Origin: Lama glama
Taxonomy: Eukaryota
Direction: 5' to 3'
Assembly: GCA_028534125.1 (NCBI GenBank)
Contig: CM052817.1
Coordinates: 76,944,001 to 77,008,000, forward strand
DNA: 64,000 nt
Shown here: piece by piece, positions 40,813 through 52,980 of the stretch
Layout of the letters: each line of letters starts with the position of its first letter
Numbering within the stretch: the first letter of the stretch is position 1
The notes under the pieces: generated by a model
Told to the model about the DNA's origin: nothing
Database searches by the model: none
Seen by the model: only the letters and a program-made list of their open reading frames with translations
Program-made: the position numbers and the translations under genes

Positions 40813-43121
40813 CTGGGGCCAGAGGAGGAGATGAAAGGATATTTCATTTTGATTGTCAAAGTATATACTTTGTATACTTGGACAATATTTAAATCTGTAT
40901 CAAGTACGTGGTACTGGTTTAAAACTGGTGTAAAGCATATGGACTGTTAATTTAGCACAATATAAACACAGGGACTCTGTTCTTCAAAATACATACTTTG
41001 CACATATAACGCTGTTTTTACTAGGGAATGGGCTTTCCTATCAGGTATGTGACCTATCTGTGCAGAGTTAAATGTTAAAACAACTAGACTGAGTTGCTAG
41101 AAATATAGCTGTAGCAACTGACTGGGCCTAATATTACGCTCTATTAAAATCATCCTGGCTTTGGAGAAAGAGCTGATTTGGTAAATCTATAAAATCAAAT
41201 ATTCTTTTGTCATCATTAATTTACATTTAGATTTTAAATATAATATTTTCTTAAGAGATCTTTTAAGGCATATATACAAAGTACTCACTGCTAAAACAGT
41301 ACTTTGGTAAACCTTAAAAAAATGTAGTAGGTAAACCTGTAACCTGGTATGTTTTATTATTTGACACAAGGAAGGGAAGGAATACCCTGCAAACTGTTCT
41401 GACTCACACGGAGGCAGATTTCCCTTCAATAAAGACAAATAACTGAAATGGTCAGAAGTGGAAAGTGCTGATGGCATTTAGTGGGGTTTATATGCAGTGT
41501 AGATGACGTTACTAGGAATGTTGTGAAGGGGGATTTCTGCATCTGTATCTGTAACCTCCCTGCTTTAGACTATTCTGAGGTTTTTTAATTGAGCTGAATC
41601 TTTAAGAAGTTTTTATTTAATTCCTTGTGTGCTGTTTGTTTTAAACACATAGAGAAACATTTCACCTTGTATTGATAATTTCACTATAACATAGTGATTT
41701 TTGCCGTAATTATGATCATTGGAACGAGACTGAACATTTGTACTATATTCTAACATTACTGTGATCAAGGGAGAACCCAAACCTTTGTGTAGTTTATGCA
41801 TCAGTCTGTCTCATTTCTCTGTTTCTGGTCTTCAGTCATTAGCTCTAAACCACTGACAAGCCCAGCTGGCAGACCCAGGCCAGGGAACGGTATGGATAAA
41901 TGATATTTCCCAGATACCCCACCCAGGGGCCTGCTCATCCTATGCCCTTTTTGCTGCCAGCCAGGTCTGGACTCCATGAATGAGCTCTAGGTCTTAATGC
42001 AGAGTCTGAGTTTTGAATTTACCCACTGTGTTCTCTCTTACCATCTCACTTTGCATTGTTCCTCTTTACAATGGAAGCCTTGTTTAGAAAAATAGCAGCC
42101 CAGGGCTGCCCAGCTCCTGCCAGCTTGCCCCCTAATATTTCCCATATGGCAAAGGATTATCCAACATCTTAACTAACTTTAGAATTGAACCTTCTGGGTC
42201 TATATATACTACACATCCCTTTGGCTCATACCTTTTAATACTGAGGATTATCTTCCCTCAATTTATTGGCCTTTTTGGCATTATCTTCAAACCTCGCTGC
42301 TGGTATCAGGGCTGCTTTTGTAGTCACCCCCTGGTCCTGTGCCCCATTATGTGTGTATGTCTGTCCTCATAATCATGTCCCCATAATCAAGTACCCCTTC
42401 CTCTTGTTGCTCTGCTCCCTCATGCGGCAAGATAACTGATAACAGGATTTGCAAAGTACACCATGCCCTATTTGAGAGTCTAATATGTTCAGGCCAGAAG
42501 TTACTAGGACAGAAATCAGTGATGTGCAGGATTCATCGTACACACATTACCTGATGATCATTCAAAGAGGGGACTATTTTAGATGGTGAGATCACAGATA
42601 ATATATATGCTAATGTATGCTAATGTAGTCTACTTCATGAAAACTCGTGAAATTAATGTAATAAGAGGGAATAATAATAATATATACTTTTATCATATAA
42701 AATATGATAAGATAAGGAATCACATAGTAACTTCAATTATCAGGTTGTTTATTGTTTAAAGAATCTATCAAATGCTTTTGATTTGAAGAGGTGATAGACT
42801 TAGTGGTTAATATAAAATGTCAGTTTTTATTCCTTTCATGTAATATATTTTGATCAACAAAGTCAGAGTGGAAGCAGGCCAACAACGTTCTTAATTTCCA
42901 GGATGAAATGCATCCTTTGATGTTTTAGAGATAGTTGTAGGGAAGGGTGCTGGTGTTTTTCTGTAGTAGAAGGAGAACAAGCAGTGTGGTGACAGTTCTG
43001 CCTACTCTGATGTTCCACACGTTTGTTTCCAGTACCTCCATGAAGTGTCCTGAGAGGTCACTATTTGCACAAAATCAGCTACTCTACTCCCTCAAGTAAA
43101 CCTAGTATGTATATGGTATCG

Positions 43122-43923
43122 TGATATAATAAGAAATATTTACTTGGTTTTTGTCTCTGGTTCCTGGCACAGAGCTCCTACAACCCTTGTAATTTCCTGA
43201 GTGATAGGGGCGAGAACAGGGGTGTCTTTTGTTTTTATAACAAGTTCCTTTGTTTATTTATAACAAGTTCCTTTAAACCTTACCTGAGTTTCTGAGTTTA
43301 TGCTCATGAGGTGACTCTTATGGGCCCCTAGATAGCTTCATATAGGGGCTGGTTGCTAGAGGAACCAAACATGTAATTAGAAGGTTGGAACTTTCAGCCC
43401 CACCCTCTGACTTCTGGGGAAGGGGAAGGGCCTGGGGTTTGAGTTAATCACCTATGGCCAATTGCTGAATCAAGCATGCCTATGTGATGGAACCTCTGTG
43501 ATGCCTCAGGATTGGTAAATGCATCCGTCTGCTGGGAGGATGGTACACCCCAGACTCCTGTGCTCAGGACCCTTCTGGACCTTGTCCTATGTACCTTCAT
43601 TTATAATAATAGGAAGTGATGTGTTTCCTTGTATTGTATAGATGGTTATAGCAAATTATGAAACCTAAAGTGGGGGTTGTGGGCACCCCTGGTTTGTAGC
43701 CAAGCTGGACAGAAGTATGAGTAACCTGGGAACCTACTACTTGCTACTGGAGTCTGAAGGGGGGCATTTTTATGGGACTGAGCCCTCAACCTGTGGGGAC
43801 TTTGCTAACCCTGGGTAGTTAGTGTCAGAACTGAATTAAATTGTAGGACAGCTAGTTGGTGTCTGCAAAAAATTATAGAAAACCCACACGTTTGGTGTCA
43901 GAGATATTTGAGAAAAAACATCA
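43122..43923. mobile_element. Solo ERV LTR (MER21-like)
   Basis: TG...CA ends, about 800 bp; motifs GGTTCCTGGCACAGAGCTCC and GGTTGGAACTTTCAGCCCCACC. Subfamily by recall only. Confidence 0.7.
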
Positions 43924-45283
43924 TAGGAATGTATTACGTTGTTGAGAGGTACGGAAATACTGATATCCTGAAAAGTTATGTTTTTCTCATCTTTCTCTAC
44001 CACCAAATTTAGTATTATGTCCAGTATGTCTGTGTTTGATAGGAGTAAAGTGAAATGCTACGAAAGATGTTCTAGTGTCTTCTATATGTTTTAGTTTTAA
44101 TAAATATATAGAGAAATAGCTTTGACATACATGAAAACAAGATACTTTATATTACTGTGTTGAAAGACTTTGGAAATCACCCTTGAATATTTATGTATAA
44201 TTGTTTTCATAGTGCTTTGAAGGTATATTTTAATAATCCACTGAAGAAAACTGGAGTTCTGAGAATGCAATTTGTTCATCAAAACAACAGGAAGAGCCCA
44301 CACAATGCCTTTTCGATAGAATTTAATTATGAGCTTAGTGAGGACAGGCCCGATCTCTATCAGGCTGGAATAAAAAAAAAAGGTCCTCAGAGTCTTCAAG
44401 TATTAAAAAATATTCAGATAAGTTCAGACCATGTTAGGATTCTAAGACCACTATAGGATTCTTAGTTAACATAATGTATTAAACATTGTGGGAAAACAAT
44501 GCCAAATAATATTTAAATTCTTGAGTTAAAATTTTTTTTTCACACAGTCAACCTACTTGCATTCTTATGTCCATACTGTATGTCAACTGGATTGATTACA
44601 AAATCAAAACAATGTTAATAAATTTTAATATATGTGAAATAAGCATTAAACTAAAACAAAATAGGGTTTACAAACTGGGAAAATGGTAACATTAAATGAT
44701 CACCATGTCACTATTCTGAACAGAATAAACATGAGATACTAGACACCTACTGCAAAGTTTGGTTTCTCCATTCTCCAGAGCCTAAATTATCTGATAGTAT
44801 GTTAAACATTTGGGAAGTATATTCATTCTTTCATCTTATTAGCCTATTAGTGGTTCCAAGCTTAGCACACCAGTAGTTAATATTGTTATGCAGGCCACCC
44901 TTACTACTATAGAGTGACTTAGGCAGTGGAAAAAAAAATCTTTTGGTCCTATTTTTAATTTCCAGTTGATGTATTTCCTGTCTTGGTTTCAGTTAACATT
45001 TTCAGGGCTAAAATTTCTGTGTATCATTTTCCTTGGAATGAGATGTTGCCTTCTTTGTTCTGACTCAAAATGGCAAATTCTATTGTTTTCCTTTATTCTT
45101 ACATGACAGGTAATATATCACTGGAAAAATCCGAACAAGCAACCTGGATGCATTCAAATTCAAATGTCACTTTTAATTTTTATAAAGAATGGATTTTTAC
45201 TTTGATCACTTTTCTAAGAAACTTGATTTATTATTATTTATCACTCTGCTTACTTAGTTTGTATTTTTAAGCTCTGTACTTAC

Positions 45284-45386
45284 ATCAGGATCCATTGGAG
45301 GGTATTTTCTTCCTTTGCTCTTTCCAAGGCATTTTGTTTTACCTTCTTCCAGTAACTGACACCAGAAACCTTTATGAGAATCAAAC
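45284..45386 (-). CDS. NDST3: NDST3 coding exon (about exon 13), 103 nt, (T)[34 protein letters not shown], on the inverted block
   Basis: Minus strand: gtatttttttag acceptor, GTAAGT donor; first base G completes AC|G from the + strand exon ending at 26436; [10 protein letters not shown] motif. Confidence 0.97.
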
Positions 45387-45560
45387 CTAAAAAAATACAA
45401 AATACAAAGCACAAAAAAGTATTTTTTTAAAATTATAAATTACTTTATTACCATAAAAGGGCAGAATCTTGGGAATAAAGAAGGGGTGGAAAGGTAAACC
45501 TTCTTCTAAAATTTTCATATGAAACTTTTGTCCTGAGTAATTATTGGTTAGTCAATTAAA

Positions 45561-45792
45561 TTTTTTTTCTTTTTTCTTTTTTTTAAACTTTTTTTTATTG
45601 AGTTATAGTCATTTTACAGTGTTGTGTCAAATTCCAGTGTAGAGCACAATTTTTCAGTTATACATGAACTTACATATATTCATTGTCACATTTTTTTTTC
45701 ACTGTGAGCTACCACAAGATCTTGTATATATTTCCCTGTGCTATTCAGTATAATCTTGTTTATCTATTCTGCATATGCTTGTCAGTATCTAC
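45561..45792 (-). mobile_element. Young L1 3'-end fragment
   Basis: Poly-T then antisense L1 3'UTR (TTTATTGAGTTATAGTC, TTCCCTGTGCTATTCAG). Confidence 0.88.
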
Positions 45793-46869
45793 CAAAAAAG
45801 TATTTTTAAAGCAACTTATAAGGTATAATGACCAAAAACATTAATCTTTTTATTTGGATAGTAATCTATAACCAGGGAAACTGGCATATTTTTTGACCAC
45901 ATCACTTTGCATAAAGTCTTTTGGCATACTTCTGAATTCTCAGTCCATCTGTCATATTTGTAAGTTTGCCAGATTCCTAATAGAAAAATTGTCAGCAGAA
46001 GGTCTGCTATTAATAGAAATTAATAAGCCTACCTTCTTCATCTGGAAGGAAAAAGTTTTATAAATTTCAAGCCTCGTCTTTCCCTTTGCAGGGTTTAAAA
46101 ATGACAAGTCAGTCTTCATCCATATCTATGGATTTACATAGTACTTGTACCATTCAACTGTAGGGTAATAGAAGAGAGAGGGTTTTGGTGTGCCATGGAG
46201 TGAATAATTTTAGGATTCTTTAGTTATAATCCACTTAATTTTTTTCCAGAGCCACTTTCTTATTTTGGTATTCTGTATTAAAGTAGTAACACCCAGAAAT
46301 GAGGATTTTCATGGTATAATTATAATCAAAATAATAGTAGCACATTAAATTTATATTTCACTTTACCCAAGTATTTCATATAACCCTTTCTTACTTGAGC
46401 TCTCCTTATAACCTCTTGACGATATGGAGTATAGGATTTGTCCCATTTAATGGCACTTAGAATAGTGTTTGGCTCTTTGTGAATGTTCACCAAATGTTAG
46501 TTAAATAAAAAATGAAGAAGAAGGAAATGTTTGTCAAGGTTTATTTATTTTGGACTATATGCATTTTCAGTATGCAGGTGATGACTCAAGTTTAGGCCTC
46601 CAGACCCTAGGTCCAGGGTCTTTTCTTCACTGGTCTCTGGGTATGTTTTGTATTATCATTCATTATGAAAAAAATAATAATTTCTATGCTTGAATATAAA
46701 AGTGAGAGTAACAGTCAACAATGAGAATTCTTTCATGTTGCTTTTGTTAGTCAGTGATTCTGCTGCTCTAATTTCTTCTTCATTAGGGAGAATTATCATT
46801 AAGGGCCACTTTTTCCTTTTGTCTTTAATCCATATTACTTCTCAGAATACTGCTTCTAACTTTTTCTTA

Positions 46870-47865
46870 AAACTACAGTGTGAACAATGAGCAATGGAAA
46901 ATTGAAATAAAAACATTTAAATTAGCATTAAAACATAAAGTATCTAGGGATAAAAAAGAATGAAATTTTGCCACTTGTAGCCACATGGATGGACTTGGAA
47001 GGTATTATGCTGAGTGAAATAAGTCAGACAGAGAAAGACAAATACTGCATGATATCACTTATATGTGTAATCTAAAAAATACAACAAACTAGTGAATATA
47101 ACAAAAAGGAAGCAGGCTCACAGATATAGAGAACAAACTAGTGGTTACCAATGGGGAGAGGGAAGTGGGTAGGGGCAAGATAGGGTAGGGGAGTAAGAGG
47201 TACAAATTATTAGCTATAAAATAAGCTACAAGGATATATTATACAACAGAGGAAATACAGCCAGTATTTTATAATAACTATAAACTATAAATGGAGTGTA
47301 ACCTTTAAAATTGTGAATCACTATATTGCACACCTGTACCTCAACTATACTTCAATGAAAATATTATAGCCACTTTGGAAAATTATATGACCCACCAATC
47401 CCGTTTCTAGGTATTTACCTAGAAGAAATGAAAATATATGTCCACACAAAGGTCTGTACACAAATGCTCACAGTAGTTTTGTTCATAATAGCCCCCAAAT
47501 GGAAACAATCCTACGTCTGTCAACTGGTGAAAGGCTAACCAAATTGTGATATATCTGAAAATTGGAGTACTACTTGGCCATAAAAAAGAACTAGTTACTG
47601 ATAAGTGTAACAACATGGAGGAATGTCAAATGCATTATGCTAAGTGAAAGAAAGAAGAGTGGTTACTAGGGGTCAGGGGTGAGCAGAAAGGATTGACTGC
47701 AGAAGTGCATGAGGAAACTTTTTGGATTAATGGAAATGTTCTATATCTTGATTGTGATGGCATGTATACAACTGTACATGTTTGTCAAAATTCATCAAAC
47801 TGTACAATTAAAATGGGTAGATTTCATTATATGTAAATTATACATTAATAAAGCTGATTTAAAAT
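46870..47865 (+). mobile_element. Cluster of L1 fragments (L1 3' end about 46950-47358 amid older L1M pieces)
   Basis: ATGGATGGACTTGGAAGGTATTATGCTGAGTGAAATAAGTCAGACAGAG; GGAAATGTTCTATATCTTGATTGTG...AATAAAGCTG. Confidence 0.85.
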
Positions 47866-49178
47866 ATACTGTGATTGTGTGATTTGGAGTTGTTCTGCAG
47901 CTAATCTTTAGACTATAACTAAAGCTGTGTGAAAAGAAGGCAAACCTCCATTTCTGCCTCTGCACTGCTTTGGGTATTAGAGACGCTAAAGGATTACTCA
48001 CATCCCACTTATGCAAAGCCCGTTTCTGCTCATTATTAAAGCAGTTGTGTGAGATGAGGACACAACATGATATGTCTTCATGTTGTTTATATTGTTTTGG
48101 GAGTCAGTAAGGCAACTGAATAAATTAGTTTCATGCTCAGAGACAGAAGAAAGGAGAGCATTAATAAAGACTATGATTGAAGTAATCTATACATGAAAGC
48201 TGGAAAGCTCTAATACAACAGCATTTCTGGAATTCTGCTATTGATGTAGTATTTTTCCTGAACATTTTGTCTTTAGTAACTTCCATAATTGAATTCTGAC
48301 TGATTTGAAGTATTCAAGTGATAAAATTTAGAATCCAGACCAGCTATTAAAATTTTTTTAAATTAAAATACCTAACTATAGATACATGTGTGAAACATGC
48401 ACCATGCCTTATGTTAAAATGAACAGCCTTCTGACAGAATATTTCTTTAAGAAACACTAAACTTTACACATATTAAAGTTAAAAATCAAAAGAGAAATAG
48501 GTTTTTCTTTCACCTCTGCTAATTGATTACATCTCATGCAGTGGGCTGTCATGCTCAGTTTTACTGAAAAAAAATGTGTGCATGTGTAGATGACACCTAG
48601 CCCAGATATCTGTATGCATAGGTTCACAGGTGGTGGCGTAAGTGTATCACAGTGGTTATGAAAAGGAGGTGAATGTAGAAGGGAGATCATATTTATTTTC
48701 CAGGTGGCCTGAAGTAGAAATTGGAGGGATTAATGCTGATGAAGGATCTTGTGAGTTTGAGGACATAAGCAATTTAGAGCCCCTGTGAAGAAGCATGAAA
48801 GGAGATGGAGAAAGATCTCCCACATCTGTTCAGATTAGCCTCAGTACTACTGCAATGTGGCAGAACAGCAAGGAAGCCTTTCTGTGTTGGCTGTGGCAGC
48901 TAGTTATTTCACAAAGACAGTAGTAATGGCTAGGACCCTCCTTTAAAGGCTTTCAGGAAGTGAACATCTTGGAGAAAATTCTATGTGCTGTTGAGTGTCT
49001 CTCCATGGTTACCCCTTCTTGGAGGTAGGGATACTTTATCATTGTGTCCCCAGAGTCTTGCACATAATAGTCATTCAATAAATCTTTGTTGAATTAAAGA
49101 ATAAAACTAGAATGGACTGGTTCTTAAGTTTGTGTGGAATATCACCTGGGGACGTCTAGAAATAACTGGAAGACACTT

Positions 49179-49228
49179 TCTCTTTCTGGCTTACTTTACT
49201 TAGAATGACATTCTCTAGGAGCATCCAT
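49179..49228 (-). mobile_element. Young L1 fragment (ORF2 C-terminus) at the edge of gap 3
   Basis: Reverse complement of 49177-49228 is 51/52 identical to 11935-11986. Confidence 0.88.
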
Positions 49229-49728
49229 NNNNNNNNNNNNNNNNNNNNNNNNNNNNNNNNNNNNNNNNNNNNNNNNNNNNNNNNNNNNNNNNNNNNNNNN
49301 NNNNNNNNNNNNNNNNNNNNNNNNNNNNNNNNNNNNNNNNNNNNNNNNNNNNNNNNNNNNNNNNNNNNNNNNNNNNNNNNNNNNNNNNNNNNNNNNNNNN
49401 NNNNNNNNNNNNNNNNNNNNNNNNNNNNNNNNNNNNNNNNNNNNNNNNNNNNNNNNNNNNNNNNNNNNNNNNNNNNNNNNNNNNNNNNNNNNNNNNNNNN
49501 NNNNNNNNNNNNNNNNNNNNNNNNNNNNNNNNNNNNNNNNNNNNNNNNNNNNNNNNNNNNNNNNNNNNNNNNNNNNNNNNNNNNNNNNNNNNNNNNNNNN
49601 NNNNNNNNNNNNNNNNNNNNNNNNNNNNNNNNNNNNNNNNNNNNNNNNNNNNNNNNNNNNNNNNNNNNNNNNNNNNNNNNNNNNNNNNNNNNNNNNNNNN
49701 NNNNNNNNNNNNNNNNNNNNNNNNNNNN
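49229..49728. other. Assembly gap 3 (500 N)
   Basis: Run of N. Confidence 1.
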
Positions 49729-50934
49729 ACACAATCCCACCTCCTCAACCAAGTAATTCACCAACTCTCTCCTACATAATCAATTTCCTTCATTTCTACC
49801 AGAATTTTCCCAACAGAATACAAACATGCTTCACATGTTGCCATGCTTAAAAAATAATCCACACTTCATCCCACAGCCCTCTGAGGTACTGCCCCGTTTT
49901 TCTTCCCCTTTATAATACCTCAAATGAGTTATCCAAATCCATTGCCACCGATGCTTCTCCTTCCATTTCCTCTGAAACAGTTCTAAACAAAGTCCCAAAT
50001 GACCTCCACACTGCAAATACAATAGTCATTTCTCAACAACCATCTTACCTGTACCATGAACAGTTCATCTCGCCCTCTTATTTGAAAACCTTTCTTCTTG
50101 ACTTTCCGGACACTGCACTCCACTGGCTTTCATCCTTGCCTCACTTCTCAACCTCCCTGGCTGGTTCCTGATATTTTTCTTGGTAGATGTTGACAGGCCC
50201 AAGTACTGGGTCTTATTTTCAATCTATACTTTGTCTCTTGGCATTAGAATCCAATCTCATGGCTTTAAGTGCCACTGTGACAGCTCCCATATTTGTCTTT
50301 CCAGCCCAGACCTCTCCCCAGAACGCCATACTTACACAACCAACTCCCTACTTAACAGCTCTACTTGGATGTCTAAAAGACATCTCAAACTTAATAGGTA
50401 CAAAGTTATGTTCTTGAGTACACCTCCCCACAAACCTCCTACTCCCACAGTCATCTCCATCTCAGCAAATAATCAAAAAATCGTGGAGCCATTTTCCTCA
50501 CACCCTATTTCCCTTTCTCTTACATCCTGTATCTAATCTGTCACCAAATACTGTCAGCTGTACCATAAAAATATACCCAGAATTGAATCATTTATTTTCT
50601 CCACTGGTACCACTAAGCCAACACCATTCTCTCATCTGTATTATTGCACTAGCTTAAATAATCTACCTGCTCCAATCCTATTCCCATCACTATTCTCTCT
50701 TCTCAGTAGGCCTTTGAGAAAGAACATGCAAATCCAGTCATATCATAACATTCTTTTACTCAAAAGTCACCAATGGCTACCAAGCTTACTCAAACAAACA
50801 AAATGAAATCTAAAAACTGTACAATGACTTATAAGGCCCTAGGTAGCCTATTATCTTTCTAACTTCACTTCCTACTTGCTTATCCCACTCCAGCCAAACT
50901 GATCTCACTTTTGTTCCTTGACTGTACCAAGTAT

Positions 50935-51455
50935 ATGAGTTACTGCTTGCTGAATAAAAATGATCCCCAAACGTACTGACTTAAAACAACCTTATCTCAC
51001 ACACTTTCTGTCGGTCAGGAACCCAGGTATGGCTTAGCTGGAGTCTCTGCTTGAGTGTTTCTCAAGACTGCAATCAGCACCTGGGTCTGTAGTCATCTCA
51101 CAGCTCAGCCTGTTAAAGATTCACTTCCAAGCTTGCTTACCTGGTTGCTGACAGGATTCAGTTCCTCACAGGCTGTTGGTCTGACAGCCTCAGTTCCTTA
51201 CCAGATGCTGGCCAGAGGCCACTCTCTGTCCCTTGCCACACAGGCCTCTGCAATATAGCAGCTTGGTTCATCAAAGCAAGCAAGCCCAAAAGGCAAGACA
51301 AAGAATGGTAGCAAGACACTAGTCAGAGTCGCTTATACCTAATCCCAGAAGTGACATCTCATCACTTTGCCACTCAAGGGAAGGGGATTGCATAAGGGAG
51401 GGAGTAACTTAGGGGGGAACCACTAGGAGCCTTGTAAAAGGCTGTCTACCACACC
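50935..51455 (-). mobile_element. MLT1-type MaLR solo LTR
   Basis: GACTTAAAACAAC...TTTCTGTCGGTCAGGAACCCAGGTATGGCTTAGCTGG...CTACCACA. Confidence 0.7.
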
Positions 51456-51676
51456 AGGTTTGGTGCAGTCAGGAAGCACTGGTTGCTTAGAATATTCTTC
51501 TTCCGATACCAGTATGTTTCACTTCCTCGTCTTCTTCAATGTCACCTTCTCAGTGAGACTGTCCCTCAGCACTCTTTTTAAAATTACAGTTTCTATGCAC
51601 CAGGCACTTCTCATTCCCTTCCTTATTTTTCTCCACAGCACTTACTGACTTTAACATACCATACAATTTATTTATT

Positions 51677-52185
51677 GTGGTTAATTTTTATTTTGTCAAC
51701 TTAGATAAGCAGGACTACATTTCCACTTTCTTCTGAGTAGTTCCAGGATAGCCTGGCCACAGAGACATTTTGCCTGAGATTTGGAAGGTGGAAGTGGAAC
51801 AGCATTCTTATACTTTTTATACCAGGAAGATTAGTGGGCACAAGGCAATACTGCAGATCATGCAAACTGTCACCTATCCTGCCAGCTCATCTTGTAGGTG
51901 TGGGGTGACAGCCAGGCCCAGATCTTCTTCAATGCCTGCCAGGTCTTCTCTTTAAACTTCAGCAACACTTGGGTCTGTGACAAAGGACTGGCTCCTCCTG
52001 CAGATTACCTCCACCGTCAAAGTTGAACCCTTGGAACCAGGGAGAAACCAACGCAGATTTCAGTCCGTTCTCATGGATCCCAGTTCATCCTTGCAGTTGC
52101 CGGTTTTCTTGCTTCCTCCACTTGACAATGTGATTTGACCTTTGATCAGCAGTTCTGCTCCTCTGATAGAACTCTAATACTCACT
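51677..52185. mobile_element. ERVL-type solo LTR (subfamily uncertain)
   Basis: Starts TGTGGTTAATTTTTATTTTGTCAACTT...GGACTACATTTCC...GAGATTTGGAAGG. Confidence 0.55.
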
Positions 52186-52499
52186 TATGTCTGTTTCCTG
52201 CCATGAAAACACAAGCACTGTGAGTAAAACATTTTGTCTGTTTTGTTTACTGCTCTTGTCCCAGCACCAAGAACAGGGCCTGGCATATAGTAAGAATTCA
52301 TTAAATATTTGCTGATGAACAATTTTAAAAACATAAGGCACTAAGAATAAATATTAAAGATGACAAGAAAAGGAAGAGACTAATCACTGATGTTCTAAAA
52401 GAAAGATCCCTGTAAAAATATAAATAAAAACTGAAATGTCTTAATGAGCAGGTAGGAAGAAGGAAGTCTGTAACTGCAACACAACCTCACCCACTTTGA

Positions 52500-52980
52500 T
52501 TGAGGCAGTTTTAACTCGTTTCAACAAATATTTACATTCCCCTCTTTAAGAGATGAAGCGTAATTTCCCTTCCTTTTTTGTGAGCTGAAATTAGTAACTC
52601 ACTTCTAACAAGTGATGGCGTATAACTTCTCAGTCTAGGTTATTAAAAAAACATCAGGACTTTGTTTCTTGGATCACTCACTTTGGGGAAAACCAGCTGC
52701 TGTAACTTGAAGACGCTCAAGCAGTCCTATGGAGACCCACAGGCTGAGGAGTTGGAGGCTAACAACTACTTAACTTGCCAAGATCTTGAGCCAGCCACCT
52801 TGGAAGAGGCTCCTACAGCCCCAGTGAGCCTCCTGACTGCAACCTAATGAGATACACAGACAGCACTAAACTGCTCTTGGATTCCAGTCTGCAGAAATTA
52901 TATGAGATGATAAACCCTTATTGTCTTAATCCACCATGCCTTAAGCTAATTTGATACATTGCAGTTGATAATAAATACAC
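52500..52980 (+). mobile_element. MLT1-type MaLR solo LTR
   Basis: CACTCACTTTGGGGAAAACCAGCTGC...CCTCCTGACTGCAACCTAATGAGA...GATAATAAATACA. Confidence 0.7.

Larger units (their letters stand above)
49729..52320 (+). mobile_element. L2 LINE 3' portion interrupted by two LTR insertions
   Basis: L2 motifs (TCTCATGGCTTTAAGTGCC, CTCTACTTGGATGTCTAAAAGACATCTCAAACTTAA) and terminal GCCTGGCATATAGTAAG...AAATATTTGCTGATGAA. Confidence 0.8.

Noticed and set aside
40519..40950. 143-aa + strand ORF
   Set aside because: Antisense shadow of the NDST3 terminal exon, non-ATG start.
26437..45386. Trans-splicing or mixed-strand splicing as the explanation for the split NDST3
   Set aside because: Both breakpoints are placeholder gaps and a split TSD restores collinearity on flipping; mis-orientation is far simpler.
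40693..45386. Separate minus-strand NDST paralogue or pseudogene
   Set aside because: The two exons are exactly the ones missing from the + strand gene, with matching phase and no duplicated exons.
50180..50536. 118-aa + strand ORF
   Set aside because: Lies inside degraded L2 sequence.
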